DNA of 64,000 nucleotides from Balanoglossus misakiensis. Lineage: Eukaryota > Animalia > Hemichordata. Positions 53,101 through 64,000 of this stretch are shown in pieces. The DNA is taken from the NCBI GenBank assembly GCA_040954595.2, contig CM082591.2, positions 1,959,745 through 2,023,744 on the forward strand, in the 5' to 3' direction. Made by a program: the position numbers and the translations under genes. Within the stretch, counting starts at the first letter, position 1. Each line of letters begins with the position of its first letter. The notes under the pieces are model-generated. The model saw nothing but the letters and a program-made list of their open reading frames with translations, was not told the DNA's origin and made no database searches.

Positions 53101-56100
53101 TGGACATGAATTTATGGTAAACAGCACCTGTGGTCTGATTTCTGTCCAAAATTAATTTTAAAAATTACCAAAACTACAAAAATGATGCAAATTTTTGCAA
53201 CATGATATTTGATGAGTACGATACATACTGTGTTCACTTGACATTATTCAAATGATCCCAAAAGGTCGGTGTACTCGATATCACTCATTAAACTCATTTC
53301 TTCTATAGGGACTGGGCGCGTGTGGTGATATTACCATAGATAAATACAGACTTCATTTCATCTGTCAATTTGCTGAGATGCTCATATGTACCGGGCAGGA
53401 AATGTGATATTTAATTAGAGCCCTGTGTCTGCCTCCTTTTGTAAATTTAAATATTTGCGATGTCAGATCGTCTGTGTACAGAAGACATCTGGTGAGATAA
53501 CAGGCAATATATTGATTAGATGTGCACCTGGTATAAATATTCCTTTTTATATGCGCTGCATTCCTATTTCCCCTCGTGACTGCCCATGAAACAAAATTAT
53601 TATGCGAGCTGTGAAGCCCATAATAATATACCTCATCATTTGTTCAATACGCCCAGTTTGGTCAGGTCAGCCTTACAAATGTGCAATCTCCCTATATAAA
53701 CACATCATGACATGAAGGGATGTTCTGATCTGAGGAAGGAAACCTCGCCTGAATAAACACTGCCTGGCTTGCCAAGATGATACCTCCGCTTTGCAAACTG
53801 GAGGGATATCTAAACTACACGTACAGTATATTTCTAGAGCAGTCAATTCTCGGTTCTAGACAATATCACTGTGTATACATACACCCAACACAAATGACAA
53901 CCATGTTACTCTGTTCACCGTTCAAAAATGATTCATTACTCTGTAACCACATACAATAGGTCAACTGATAACGTAAAGCTTTCTAACTTCACTCTGTAAG
54001 CAACGAGATTAGCTAACCATTTTTTTCTGAAACTACGACAAAAATACCTTGACACTGGGCATAATGAAACGAGAAAAAATAGAATACATCGTGATATTTT
54101 TTTTGATCGCTGGTGTATCATCAATGAAGTGGGTATGATAATTTCTAAATATAGTCAGTGATGCATAATTGCTATGAATATTTATATGACCACTGAGGAT
54201 AAATGTATGTGTATTGGGGCACAGCAAGGTTTTTTATCAGTGTTGTCTGTTTGAGGTGAATGCACCCAACGTACATGTAATGTATGCACGTCCACATCGC
54301 ACAGTTGGTAGTGGTACTACCCTCTCTGGAACAATGGTTTAATATAGCTAGGTTCAATGTTCAATGTCATTCCTGGAAATACAGAAACGCATACCTGTCA
54401 AGATTGTATCTCCTGGTATTTTTATACATGATACGAAATGCTATAACTGCAGTTTTCAAATGAATATTTGTCTGCTTTTAGATGAAACCCGACAAAGCAC
54501 AAATATTATTAAAATACTGATGATATCATACATGTATGTGCTCATCTTCTGTATTGATATTGATGTATTTACATGTTAGTCAACAATCCCCTATCCCTCC
54601 CTGTGTACATGTACATGAACATGATCCAACTTCTCTTAGTCTTATTTTTCAAACTCCACCACTGTTTATCCCACGGAGTTGTAAAATTATCTGATAAACA
54701 AGGACTGGAAACAATCAGCCCCGATGACTTGGCTTGGGTCATAAATTTCACTGAAGTGAAAACTCCAAGAAATGCGACCCATGACCCCACATAACCTTTG
54801 ACCTTCCACGTACATTGTACTCCATTCTGAAGACTATTCCCTACATTTAACTTTGAGTTCATTTTTCACAAAATGCCACAGCCAGTCCATGTCACACTGA
54901 CTGTTCATTCTAATCATTGGTCATTATATTATTCATAATCATATTTAACAAACATGTTATTATTAAAGAATCGTACATCCGCTGCTTTCTAAATTTAGCT
55001 GAAAACAATCAAGCCTATACATGTACAATTGCAATCATATTGAGGGTTACTCCTATACAACAGTAAAGGTTTCTATGCTTGAGTGTGCACAAATGTCACT
55101 ATCCAACACTGGGGTAAGGTTGAGTACGTACGAGTATTATCAACGCCACAAGGCATGAAATAACCACTCACTAAAACCTATGACCTGATCAAGACGAAAC
55201 CATCAAAAGTGGTTGTCACTCGACTGACCGTCTGTAGTACATCACAGTTCACTGAACTACATTTATCTCTATAAATAAACTATGTTTATCTTCCAAAGTG
55301 AAGAATAATATTTTAAAGACCACAAAATGCCATAGTTTGAACAGACAGATGTTTCGATGTTGTGTTTCTAATTTCACTGGACTCTGTAAATTTTCTGGGT
55401 TGATGTGAATGACAGCAAGCGTGAGTTATCGATCACATGACAGACCCCAAAATAACATGACTGAAAAGATGGTTGTCTGCTGATATTTGGATGAAACTGT
55501 GACATTTCGATGCAGAGTGACAATGATAAAGTGGATAGAAAGATCAAAATAGTGCCAAAACAATTGCTGGTTGCTCCTAGCTTGGCAAACAGGGTGTTCC
55601 TAAAACAGTAAAAGTTCAAAAATATTTTAATTACCACAAAAACATCAACCGTACTAGTCCAGAACTTTACTGGTACATGATTTTCATCAGGCAATGAAGC
55701 AAAGCTCACCAAAAATCTAAATTCGATTATAATTCCTAAAATACTTCCCTAAGAAAATCACAAAACGACGAGTTTCTATAAATGAAGTAATTCCTTTGAG
55801 TACCGGTGTCGATATGTTTCTGAAATGGATAATCTGGCATCCGGATTTAGTATCTCTATTGTACATCTTTAGAATTTGATGTCACCGACACAGCTGGTAC
55901 AAAAAGGTACAATATGGTAGAAGTATAGAATTTCTATTTCTGTATCTGTACATGGGCGTAAAACATGACAATAAGGTACTTTTATAACAGTCATAGATAC
56001 AGTAATATATAGGTGTGCTACATGTATGTAGAGAATTGGCTTCAACAAGCAGGGCGTATACATGTACCATCAACAGTTGCACAAGAAAACATTCGCAAGA

Positions 56101-59100
56101 AATGATTGATGAAACAAACAAACAGACAAACAAAAATAACAACAAAACACACAAATCGTTCCTGATGTAGGCAAATAAAAGCACGACATCGCTGACTTTT
56201 GACCCGCAAGACTTCTAAGACACCGACCGATGCTATTTACAGAAACATATTAAAAACCGTACACGAGCACAGACTGTTCATTGTGCGCATACACACTTTT
56301 TGAAAAGCTTCGCGGGGACGCGCTCTTTGATAAGTGTGATGACCTTTGACCTTGAATATCATCCTGATGACTCACTGGCTGTTTTGGATAGCCTGGGAGA
56401 TTCAGGCCAATGACATCGCGGGGAATAAAAGGACATATACGATGATGTACTAGGATAGTAAGTGGAGTGTACCAATACTACAATACATAGACAACGACTT
56501 GTTTTTGCCACAGCACAGCAAGCCTGCGATGTCTGTGTATGCAAAACCATCAATGCACGCTGTTTTCATTCTATTCTAAAAATGACACTACAAGCCTGTG
56601 GTTTGAATGTGCACGAAGCAAACACAGTGTGGTGACACACACTCCACTCATTATCGGTGACGGAACAGTGATCAGAACGACAAACATTTCCCCCATTTTT
56701 TCATATTCACCAACTTGCGAAACAGTTACAGCAACAAAGTATTTAGTGAACCCCATACAAGTCCCAGGGTTTGTTTTACCATAACAGGTCAAGTTCAAAT
56801 TACTTCCAGCTGGGCTGTATTGTATTTTGGGATACAAGCACTTGAATTTCTTAATTCCTAACTCTGATTGATATCACTGGTGGGGGGAAATCTTACACTT
56901 TTGGATGGATATAAAATCTGGAACAAAACAAGCCAGTGACATCTTAGACAACGGATCAAGTTGAAGGTCACTGTTCACTCAGAGTCAAGTTGCACGTCGA
57001 AACTGTCATTTAAATACCCACCACCCCTCAATCACACACTGCTCAGGTTTGTACGAAGGATAACGTTCCATTCGGTAGAATTCAATTTCAGTTGAAGCGA
57101 GAATGTGCACCATGGTTTTGCACATCCCAATTGTTTTGAATGCCAAAGGTGGACTCCTATACCGGGAAATGGGGGTTAAAGGGTTTTGCAACATCAAGGA
57201 ATTCTGTTGCAAAGCCTTCTTCTCAAGGCTCATCAAACATTTGACATCAGAAATTGAAGTGTTTCTAACTCCATTGATCTATGTGTTGACAGCCAAGCAG
57301 TGGACTACACCAAGCCTTATAATATAAATACATGGCTTCATTTCCATCGACAGAGTACAGTACATGTACATGTAGGTCTTCACTGAAGGTTTCCTGTACA
57401 GACTACTTACAAATGCACACATACAAGAACAGGTACAGTTCTAATCATATACGAAAAACAGTCCATTTTACAGAAAATCCTGTACTGATTATCTTTCTCT
57501 AATAAACATGTCACGCCTTCAATAGATGAAGAAGCCACTAATTTCTGACAAATTAGGACATGTTAATTAAAACTCCATTAGCATAATTATTGGCCACTTT
57601 GTCAGTGTCACTGCTCAGACTGGAGAGTTTATTTTACGCAGGACTAAACTAAACAACAACGACCGATGATTTGACATTCATGCAAAGGTCAGGCTGTCCT
57701 ATCATCAAGGCCGAAAACATAAAAGATTATTTATTTTCCTCAATGCCAATATCAATGGATAAAAGTCTACATGTCTGTAGCCTGACGCCAAAATAAATAC
57801 TTAGGGCCTATAGCTTAATTTTTTCTAACAAAATGGTAACCTAATACAATAATGTTGTCCCAGGGTCCATAACACATATTCAGATTAAACATGGCATCCT
57901 TAGTGTGTTCTAGAGAGAAGGATATTTCACTGTCATACAAGCCTGACTGACATTTTTTCCCTAGTTTTTAATTTTTTTTAAATCCTGAAATGCCTTGGCA
58001 GCGTTTTCTCAAACTCGGCGATGTTCAATGTGTCGGTTTGTGGTCGGTTTCACAGATCTTTTATCGAAAGTGTATCAGAATCGGAGGGATTTCTGCTCTG
58101 CATCTGGCTCTGCAGAATATTGTGGGAGACTGGGACATGTCAGGCACTGTCTAAGCGCTTGGCGACTTCTGTAGAAGCCTGTTGCGTCGACGGCTTACGT
58201 TTTAATCTGCCTCCGAGACCTGTCTGATCCGAAACAGGGTACACCATTTTCTGTATCATTGTATGTGAGCAACTGTAAAACACAAGCATCAAAGTCTGTG
58301 CACAAGATTTTCACGGAAGATCACATACATGTTCATGTAAAGAAAGATCACATATTTGCATGCTTCTGCTCTGTTGAATCCCGCCACTGATATTAGGACA
58401 AAAGGTCACATGCTTCACGGCGAGTGAAGACATCTCCCAAATCCAATGCACATGTCACAAAGGTAAGTTGGTTCCAACCGCTGTGTCAGTTAAATACATT
58501 TATTGTACACAAGCCAAGTACGTGTGCACACGTACACAGAACTGGGCCAGAAGTGACGAGATTGGATTCGGAAGATGGCGACTCTGATTGGTGATTTCCA
58601 ACCGGGTATCGAGTAAGTTATCGGGAAAACAAAAATACATGGCCGTGGATTACAGCTGCCACCAGCTGTCTTGGCAGCTGCCACGCTTAAAGCAGATCTT
58701 CTCGGCTGCGGATGACCCAGTCATGCAGATAATGGCAATCGCCTCAGGCTATTCCCCATAGTGTGTACATGCAATTGTGGGAACTGGTGAGTGGGGGAGG
58801 ATCATGGTTTGGAGGAATTTGTGCTATTCCTCGGTTCATGTGTCAAGTTTACGCTAACTCTTTCACCACCCCTATCTTGGTGACGACAACCTAATTGCTG
58901 TCAATGGCTGAGGCTGCACTGTCATACTGGGTGTGAACTGAGCTATGACAACCAATCAATGAGCATGTTTCAAAGAGTAGAACAACAGTGAACATACTGT
59001 AATAAATATTATCATCAGTTCAGAGATCTCATTTAATATTTCTACATAATAATAGAGATTTGACAACCAAAAAATCAGTAAAAACAATATAAATAAATAA

Positions 59101-61016
59101 TAAAAAAATATCGCCAGGGCTGACAGACAAAGTCCAAGGTCCCCTTGACAAGGTCATAAGTTCTGTCAGACAGACGGAATTTAATACCTGTCTACAAGGT
59201 GTCTGGCAATAAATTGCCAGTTTGTTGACAAGGTACAATAAGGAAGTCTGCCAACAACTACTGTGCATTCAAGAAAACCTGTTACATATCAAAGAGGAAC
59301 AAGCCAAAAAGAACCTGCAAATCTTGCTGCTCATAATTGTAAAATAACCCACTCAGATGAAAAGATATACTGTTTGATAATGGTATGTTAGCATTGGACT
59401 TAACCTCTAGCTTTGAAGGTCAGGCTGCCCTTACATCTCAGCAGTAATGCTCTCTCTGTATCTTTGAAAAATGGTTTGACATTGATTATGCAATTAGAGA
59501 TCATGTGATGCATGTGTGATCTTCATTAATTAAAATAATTCCATTACAATTTTTAAAATATGAAAGCTTTGTAAAAATCACTCCTTTATTACTACATTCT
59601 CTGTTACAGTATTGTATTTTTGGCAGAATTTTAAATTTTAGTCATTCCTAAATAATGAAACTGGCAGTATAGATGTAGATAATGTAATAATTTCAAAAGA
59701 AAATAATTTCAATAGTATTGATCAGATTTATTACATAATAATCATGCTCTATTTTCTTTATTTCTGAAAATACCGTTGTCTTATCCACAGAACTGATCAA
59801 ATATTATTTTTTAGTGATAATAAAATTGGCTTATCTGGAATATTATGATTTTACTACCATCATGGAAGCTGGCGACACCAGCCATGCCAATGAGCAAAAT
59901 ATATTCATCTGATATCAAAATATTTCAGCAATTTTGTTGTGAAATTAATGACTTTCTGGGACTCACTCTAGACACAAGTCGCTGAGTGCTAATTAAATAC
60001 ATACTCCCACAGACAAGATTTCTGATCTCCTGTTTTTTTACTATGGATGACCTTGAGAGGTTTAATTACATCTGTCTGGGAGATTCACAACTGGAATTTC
60101 ATCACCCTTTTTCTTTTTAAAAATAGCCGAGCTAGCTGTGGATGGACCGAGTGAGAGTGTAACCCCACACCCACACGCAAACATCCATGTACACACATCA
60201 TGTTCGCTTGGTGTTCACTTTTGAAATGTCACCGATCGATAGTCGACGACCTGGGGTGGGGTGGGGGTTAGCAGTTTCCCCAAATTTCAAGAAATCTGTG
60301 TCACTGTGAATAATATTCGAGTTCTCTCGTGTTTTGTGCTTGGAAATGTGGTGAACCGACAGGCTACGTGATGAACATGACGTTCGACTGTGAAAGTGTC
60401 CATTACACGCCCGTTCAATTTGTAAAACCGCCTCCGTTGGCCTGTCACTTCCTCTGAATCACAAATACGATCAAGGAACTAAAATAAGCAAAATACTGTT
60501 CAAGAAAATCGTATCGCCACGACCGGCTGGCCAGATACGACTCAGAAAAACGATCACTTCGAAATTGCGGGAAAGACAACGCCGGTTTCTCGAGAGTCGA
60601 GTTAATTTGAATAAATTAGCACCTTTTTTTAATGATACAATTGTCAGCTGGTCTTGAATACATATAACATTCGGGAATGTTTTAAGTGTTGGCATGGACG
60701 GATATCCTCCGAAAACTTAAGAGATTTCAGTTGAATCTCTATTTAAGGACGCGCCGCGTAGAGAACAGGATTAGGCGATCTAGAAAACAGATCGCGCCAT
60801 GAATGCGTAAAAGCCGGTGAGCCGACATTACAATCATGTTCATTTCACAACACTGTCCTGAGTGTGAAATAGACATGGTTTTAAAACAGGAGTGTCCCCG
60901 CGAAAACATTATATGAAAACCCAAAAAAACAGACGCGATCGCCCAAAATATGTGTACTTACGCTCTTTGTCGTGGTCATAGCCCACCACAACGAAGTAGT
61001 CTGCCAAGCGGGTCAT
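26178..61016 (-). CDS. SBF2: Myotubularin-related protein 13/5 (SBF2/SBF1 co-ortholog): DENN, SBF2, GRAM, inactive myotubularin phosphatase, coiled coil, C1, PH; 39 core exons, ~2012 aa
   Basis: Starts [18 protein letters not shown]. Exons (- strand): 60962-61016, 47036-47121, 46492-46746, 45917-46030, 45647-45752, 45281-45413, 45050-45158, 44570-44683, 44037-44228, 43731-43859, 43406-43504, 43019-43159, 42642-42824, 42280-42429, 42054-42122, 41765-41923, 41271-41560, 40927-41093, 40709-40782, 40416-40611, 39973-40106, 39642-39820, 39277-39476, 33873-34074, 33565-33770, 33038-33292, 30996-31201, 30607-30783, 30374-30478, 29792-29977, 29362-29488, 29110-29276, 28781-29008, 28278-28454, 27839-27962, 27418-27588, 26911-27059, 26492-26626, 26178-26267. 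All GT-AG, phases consistent, 6039 nt. Motifs: YVYIPVLP...TPTPFIMGV (DENN), [19 protein letters not shown] (GRAM), [26 protein letters not shown] (myotubularin), [22 protein letters not shown] (PH). Confidence 0.95.
27269..27361 (+). mobile_element. ~90-bp MITE with piggyBac-like ends, copy 1
   Basis: CTAA-CTCTTTCA...TGAAAGGG-TTAA; near-identical core (GGTCCAACCTTACCATAGAAAACAATGGG) to 32855-32947. Confidence 0.7.
27700..27826. repeat. 33-bp minisatellite, ~3.8 copies
   Basis: GCCACATTGGATCAGATCACCAAACACATATTA in tandem; explains the [14 protein letters not shown]. Confidence 0.92.
28561..28742. mobile_element. Tc1/mariner-pogo-type MITE
   Basis: TA-CAGTCAAACCTTT...AAAGGTCTGACTG-TA terminal inverted repeats with TA duplication; internal GTGGCCAC/ACCTGTCTATA repeats; partial duplicate at ~28485-28560. 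Confidence 0.75.
30085..30360 (+). mobile_element. Probable non-autonomous Helentron/HINE-like fragment
   Basis: Hairpin GGGGCCCAAG(TGCCCTCAGGTG)CTTGGGCCCC followed by a TTC-rich tract, an architecture recalled from HINE/DINE-like elements. The right boundary is uncertain. Confidence 0.4.
32855..32947 (+). mobile_element. ~90-bp MITE with piggyBac-like ends, copy 2
   Basis: TTAA-CCCTT...AAGGG-TTA(T); same internal sequence as copy 1. Confidence 0.7.
34710..34745 (-). CDS. Candidate 36-nt phase-1 cassette exon of SBF ([11 protein letters not shown])
   Basis: aaacag acceptor (weak pyrimidine tract), strong AAG|gtaagc donor, open in frame. Confidence 0.45.
36102..36179 (-). CDS. Candidate 78-nt phase-1 cassette exon of SBF ([25 protein letters not shown])
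   Basis: Long pyrimidine tract, ccgcag acceptor, GAG|gttggt donor, open in frame. Confidence 0.6.
37158..37175 (-). CDS. Candidate 18-nt phase-1 microexon of SBF (GSAFG)
   Basis: Perfect TACTAAC branch point, ctccag acceptor, gtgact donor, TGCATG ~10 nt downstream. Confidence 0.5.
37588..37677 (-). CDS. Candidate 90-nt phase-1 cassette exon of SBF ([29 protein letters not shown])
   Basis: ctttttatcccag|...CAG|gtgcac, open in frame, length divisible by 3. Confidence 0.65.
38324..38353 (-). CDS. Candidate 30-nt phase-1 cassette microexon of SBF (LWNDVNVVY)
   Basis: cctctgtttccag|...|gtaagt, open in the SBF frame; TGCATG upstream at 38386-38391 (-). Confidence 0.6.
44244..44350. repeat. 31-bp minisatellite, ~3.4 copies
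   Basis: GTTCATCATCCAATAG(G/A)CATGGTTATATTTT in tandem. Confidence 0.88.
50012..50449. mobile_element. 438-bp MITE with perfect 27-bp TIRs and TA target duplication (Tc1/mariner-like)
   Basis: TA|CAGTGCAGCTTAGGAATAGCTTTCCAA...TTGGAAAGCTATTCCTAAGCTGCACTG|TA; internal ~78-bp direct repeat at ~50079 and ~50208. Confidence 0.88.
57105..57185 (-). mobile_element. Diverged inverted copy of the same ~90-bp MITE
   Basis: CACCATGGTTT...ATTGTTTT...AAGGTGGAC...GGGAA.TGGGG.T.AAAGGGTT aligns to the reverse complement of copies 1 and 2. Confidence 0.5.
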
Positions 61017-61300
61017 CTCAACGTCGTATTTTTCCAATGGACATTTCTAACGATAGCAATTCCTGCATATTACACGGCCGCCATATTGGATTCCGGGCTA
61101 TCAGTTTCTGCGCAGTCAAATGCGCATGTCCCGACCTGCGCCACGCTTGGGCAAACTTTCCTGAACTTTTCAAACTGTTTTCCCTCTGGCAAAACAATGG
61201 AAACTAAAGCAGGCAGGGGGTAATACAATGAGGTTTAATCCCAACGCTTCGCGGGCGGCGATTCACACCGAGACTAAAGCCGATAACTATATTACGAAAC
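61017..61300 (-). promoter_or_regulatory. CpG-rich promoter/5' UTR region of SBF
   Basis: Immediately upstream of the ATG; YY1-like CCGCCATATT (~61078) and NRF1-like TGCGCA half-sites (~61109, ~61121). Confidence 0.45.
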
Positions 61301-62226
61301 GTCCTTTCTGGCCAAAAAGCGCTAAAGCACATTTCAATTCAACCATTCTTTTCCGAAGTTCCTTGAGCGCCCGCTTGTACCAGTTACACAATCGCTTGTT
61401 TTGAACTCGGACACGTGGGAAACAATTCGAAAGAACAATAGTTTATTCGAACACTGAAAGGCGACCGAGAGATCATAGAAACGGATTACTTTTTGGCCAG
61501 AAAGCGCTACACTCTGAATAATTCCGTGTGTTGGCTTTCCTATGGCCGTTTTAGTCAATCTATACCTGGCACGTGAAAAATCTCATTTTCATAATAAAAG
61601 TAACATTCTAAGTTTCACTGTTACAAAACCAATCTTTATTGAAATTAACCTTTTACCGGCCATGTTGCCCGCACGCGTCACTCAAAGATATTCTTTCTAT
61701 TTCCAAGGAGCCGCTTACGAGATGATTAAATTTATGAGTGAATCCGCCCGTTACTAAACCATGGTTTACACGTTTGGTTTTATGATTCGTTTATTGTTAC
61801 TTTTGACCCAAGAATATAAAATTCTAAACCGGCGGGTGTGAAAATGAACAAACTCGTAAAGAGCAGTCATAATCGACTCGTAGTATATCACTGCGAAAAA
61901 ATACATTACCGCAATCTGTTCATTCTAACTATTGGCATGGAGCTCCATGGTATTAGGCGATGTCTTCTGGAACAGAGAACCACCCTTTTTAAGATCCCGA
62001 TGGAAAAATAAAAATACACGCGCACAGCCAGTTTATTTTGTTTAAGTGATTTTGTTTATTATGGTTATTTTAGGGAATTTGCGGTAATGACGTCACGCAT
62101 AAGTGAGCTCATTCCATTAACGAATACAACAACGTCAAGGATTTTGGTACAATAAACCCCACATACATAAAATCGCGCTTTTGCTTGACAATTTCTATTA
62201 CAGTCTACACGACACTTAAATAATGT

Positions 62227-63662
62227 TTAAATAATGTTTCTGGCTTCCAGCATAGCCACGGTTGTTGCGTGTTCTTTAACTTTCAGTTCAAGGTGACGAC
62301 TGGATTCTACTACGTCACCGCCAGCTGAGGTGCCGCTGCCAAAATAGCCACGTGTGTTTTCCATGTTTTCAGGCGATGCGCAGGTCCCTTCCAGATCCGG
62401 AGAAACGACAGGGAAGGAATTCAGGCCACCGGGTGGCGCTAAATCAGGGGACCACTGTGGCATCAGTGTACCGCAAAATGGGTTTTGTATCTGAAAGAAC
62501 AAAACCAAAGTTGGAATACTGGTATTAGGAAACCAAGGTCGAGAGAGAGGGGGAGATTGAGAGAAAAGGGGGATTGGGAGGGAGAGAGAGAATGAAAGAT
62601 GGAAGAAAGGAGAGAGAACGCCGACAGAGAGAGAGAGAGACACAGACAGACAGACTGACAGACAGAGAGTGTAAGACTACAGAAGAAGAAATTTCCAATT
62701 ACCGTGATGAGCGGATAATGTTGGGGTGCCCAGTATGGGTACGGGTTTCCAAGACAACCGAAGAAGTTATGGAGATGCTGTTCCTTCTTGCGCCACTTCG
62801 CTCGGCGATTTTGAAACCAGACCTGAGAGAGAGCATAGAATAATACATTAGTATCGTAGCTCCGACTCCACAAAAAACTTCTGACGAGATCTGACATAAC
62901 CCGTACCGCAAGACAAAGTAGGTAATTTACCTGTACACGTGACTCCGGTAGACCAATCCGGCGCGCCAGTCTTTCGCGAACAAACATGTCGGGGTAGTGA
63001 ATCTGGCGGAACACTCTTTCCAAATCCTGCAGTTGTCGGCTCGTGAAAGTAGTCCGGCTTCTTTTCGGCTTTTCGTCCTTGGACTTGTCTTCTTTGTCGT
63101 CTGGCGAAAGTTCTGCGAGTGCGGAAACAAATTACAGGAGTGACAAACGTGAATTGTACAGTGCAGCGTGTTATTGTGATTTGTAGTAGATTTGCTTAAT
63201 GTTAAAATTACCTGTACTGTGGAAAAATAGTTCCCATTTCACAGAACAAACCTACAGATTCGTTTGAAAACGCAGGCTACTGTGAATAGAAGCATTGTAA
63301 AATAACATCATTACTGAAATAATTTAGACTTTGTCTTATTGTTGTATCTTACCGCATTGAACATCAGAGCAGTTGAGAACGTTCGGGGCGTTTATATCGG
63401 CATCATCCTCACCACCGTCGCTTCCCACATCTAAGATCTTATCGATGGAGAATTTGTGGTAGAATCGTTGATTGATCGCAGATGGTGCGGCGTTCCGCGC
63501 GTGCATTTCCCGGGGTTTTGGCGCGGTGGTTTCGGCATCGGGGATTAGACCGTGAGCGGCCGTGCTGACGTGGTTGTCGTCATCGATGAAAGCTGCACGC
63601 GTTCCCCTCGCCGAGAAACTTTTTGAAGAAGCGAAGAGATTTTCTGAAAATTGCTCGCTCAT
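62227..63662 (-). CDS. Q50 paired-like (PRD class) homeobox transcription factor with eh1/octapeptide and divergent OAR motif, 4 exons, ~291 aa
   Basis: Exons 63353-63662, 62931-63112, 62703-62822, 62227-62490 (GT-AG, 876 nt). Homeodomain [47 protein letters not shown]|[14 protein letters not shown] with the PRD-typical intron before VWFQN; N-terminal HKFSIDKIL; C-terminal [13 protein letters not shown]. Confidence 0.9.
62540..62670. repeat. (GA)n/(GACA)n low-complexity tract in homeobox intron 3
   Basis: GAGAGA and GACAGACA runs. Confidence 0.85.
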
Positions 63663-64000
63663 ATTAGCAGCAACGAGAAACTAATCTTTCTAACCAAACA
63701 GTCGACTCGTCACTCGTTTCAGGTAGTACAGAGAGAAGAGACTTCGGCAAGCGAAAACTTTTGTTTGATGAAAGCGATGATCAGAGCATTGTCTGTTTTA
63801 TATATATGCTCAGCGTTGAAACAATTAATTTTGTGTGATTCCATATTCTCCGAGGTGAACAAAAACTGACAAAAAGGCCAATCGCATTGATTACACCGAA
63901 ACAAGACAAGATACACAGTTGAACACACACCGTTTAATCCAATTGCAGCGCAGATATGTTTGAGTGATCGTACTTGGACGGATTCCTATCCTCTGGCGTT

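Noticed and set aside
26460-56360. Scattered GGTCAAAGGTCA / TGACCTTTGACC (DR1-like) motifs at ~26464, ~38480, ~48917 and ~56340
   Set aside because: Short motifs that are common in such genomes; no evidence of function from sequence alone.
47122-60961. Nested protein-coding gene in the 13.8-kb first intron of SBF
   Set aside because: Only short ORFs without recognisable domains or a consistent exon chain. A coding-like stretch at ~58000-58200 (-) is interrupted by two stops.

Overview
Eukaryotic, intron-rich invertebrate-animal DNA containing three spliced genes, reconstructed by hand from GT-AG boundaries and phases, plus one large satellite. (1) A 7-exon HPGD-like short-chain dehydrogenase (+, 1342-4100). 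(2) A 39-exon SBF1/SBF2 (MTMR5/13)-family DENN-GRAM-pseudophosphatase-C1-PH gene (-, 61016-26178). (3) A 4-exon divergent Q50 paired-like homeobox gene with eh1 and OAR-like motifs (-, 63662-62227). The space between the converging 3' ends of the first two genes is filled by a ~19.4 kb AT-rich satellite. About 205 near-identical 87-bp monomers are flanked on both sides by an older 166-bp dimer. The array switches strand at ~4538 and at ~14790, so 4540-23100 forms a giant, nearly spacer-less palindrome whose two arms have homogenised separately. The long repetitive ORFs in the track are by-products of this satellite. A second notable observation is a cluster of candidate frame-preserving phase-1 cassette/micro-exons with Rbfox motifs in one SBF intron. 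All calls come from reading the sequence; no database search was run.
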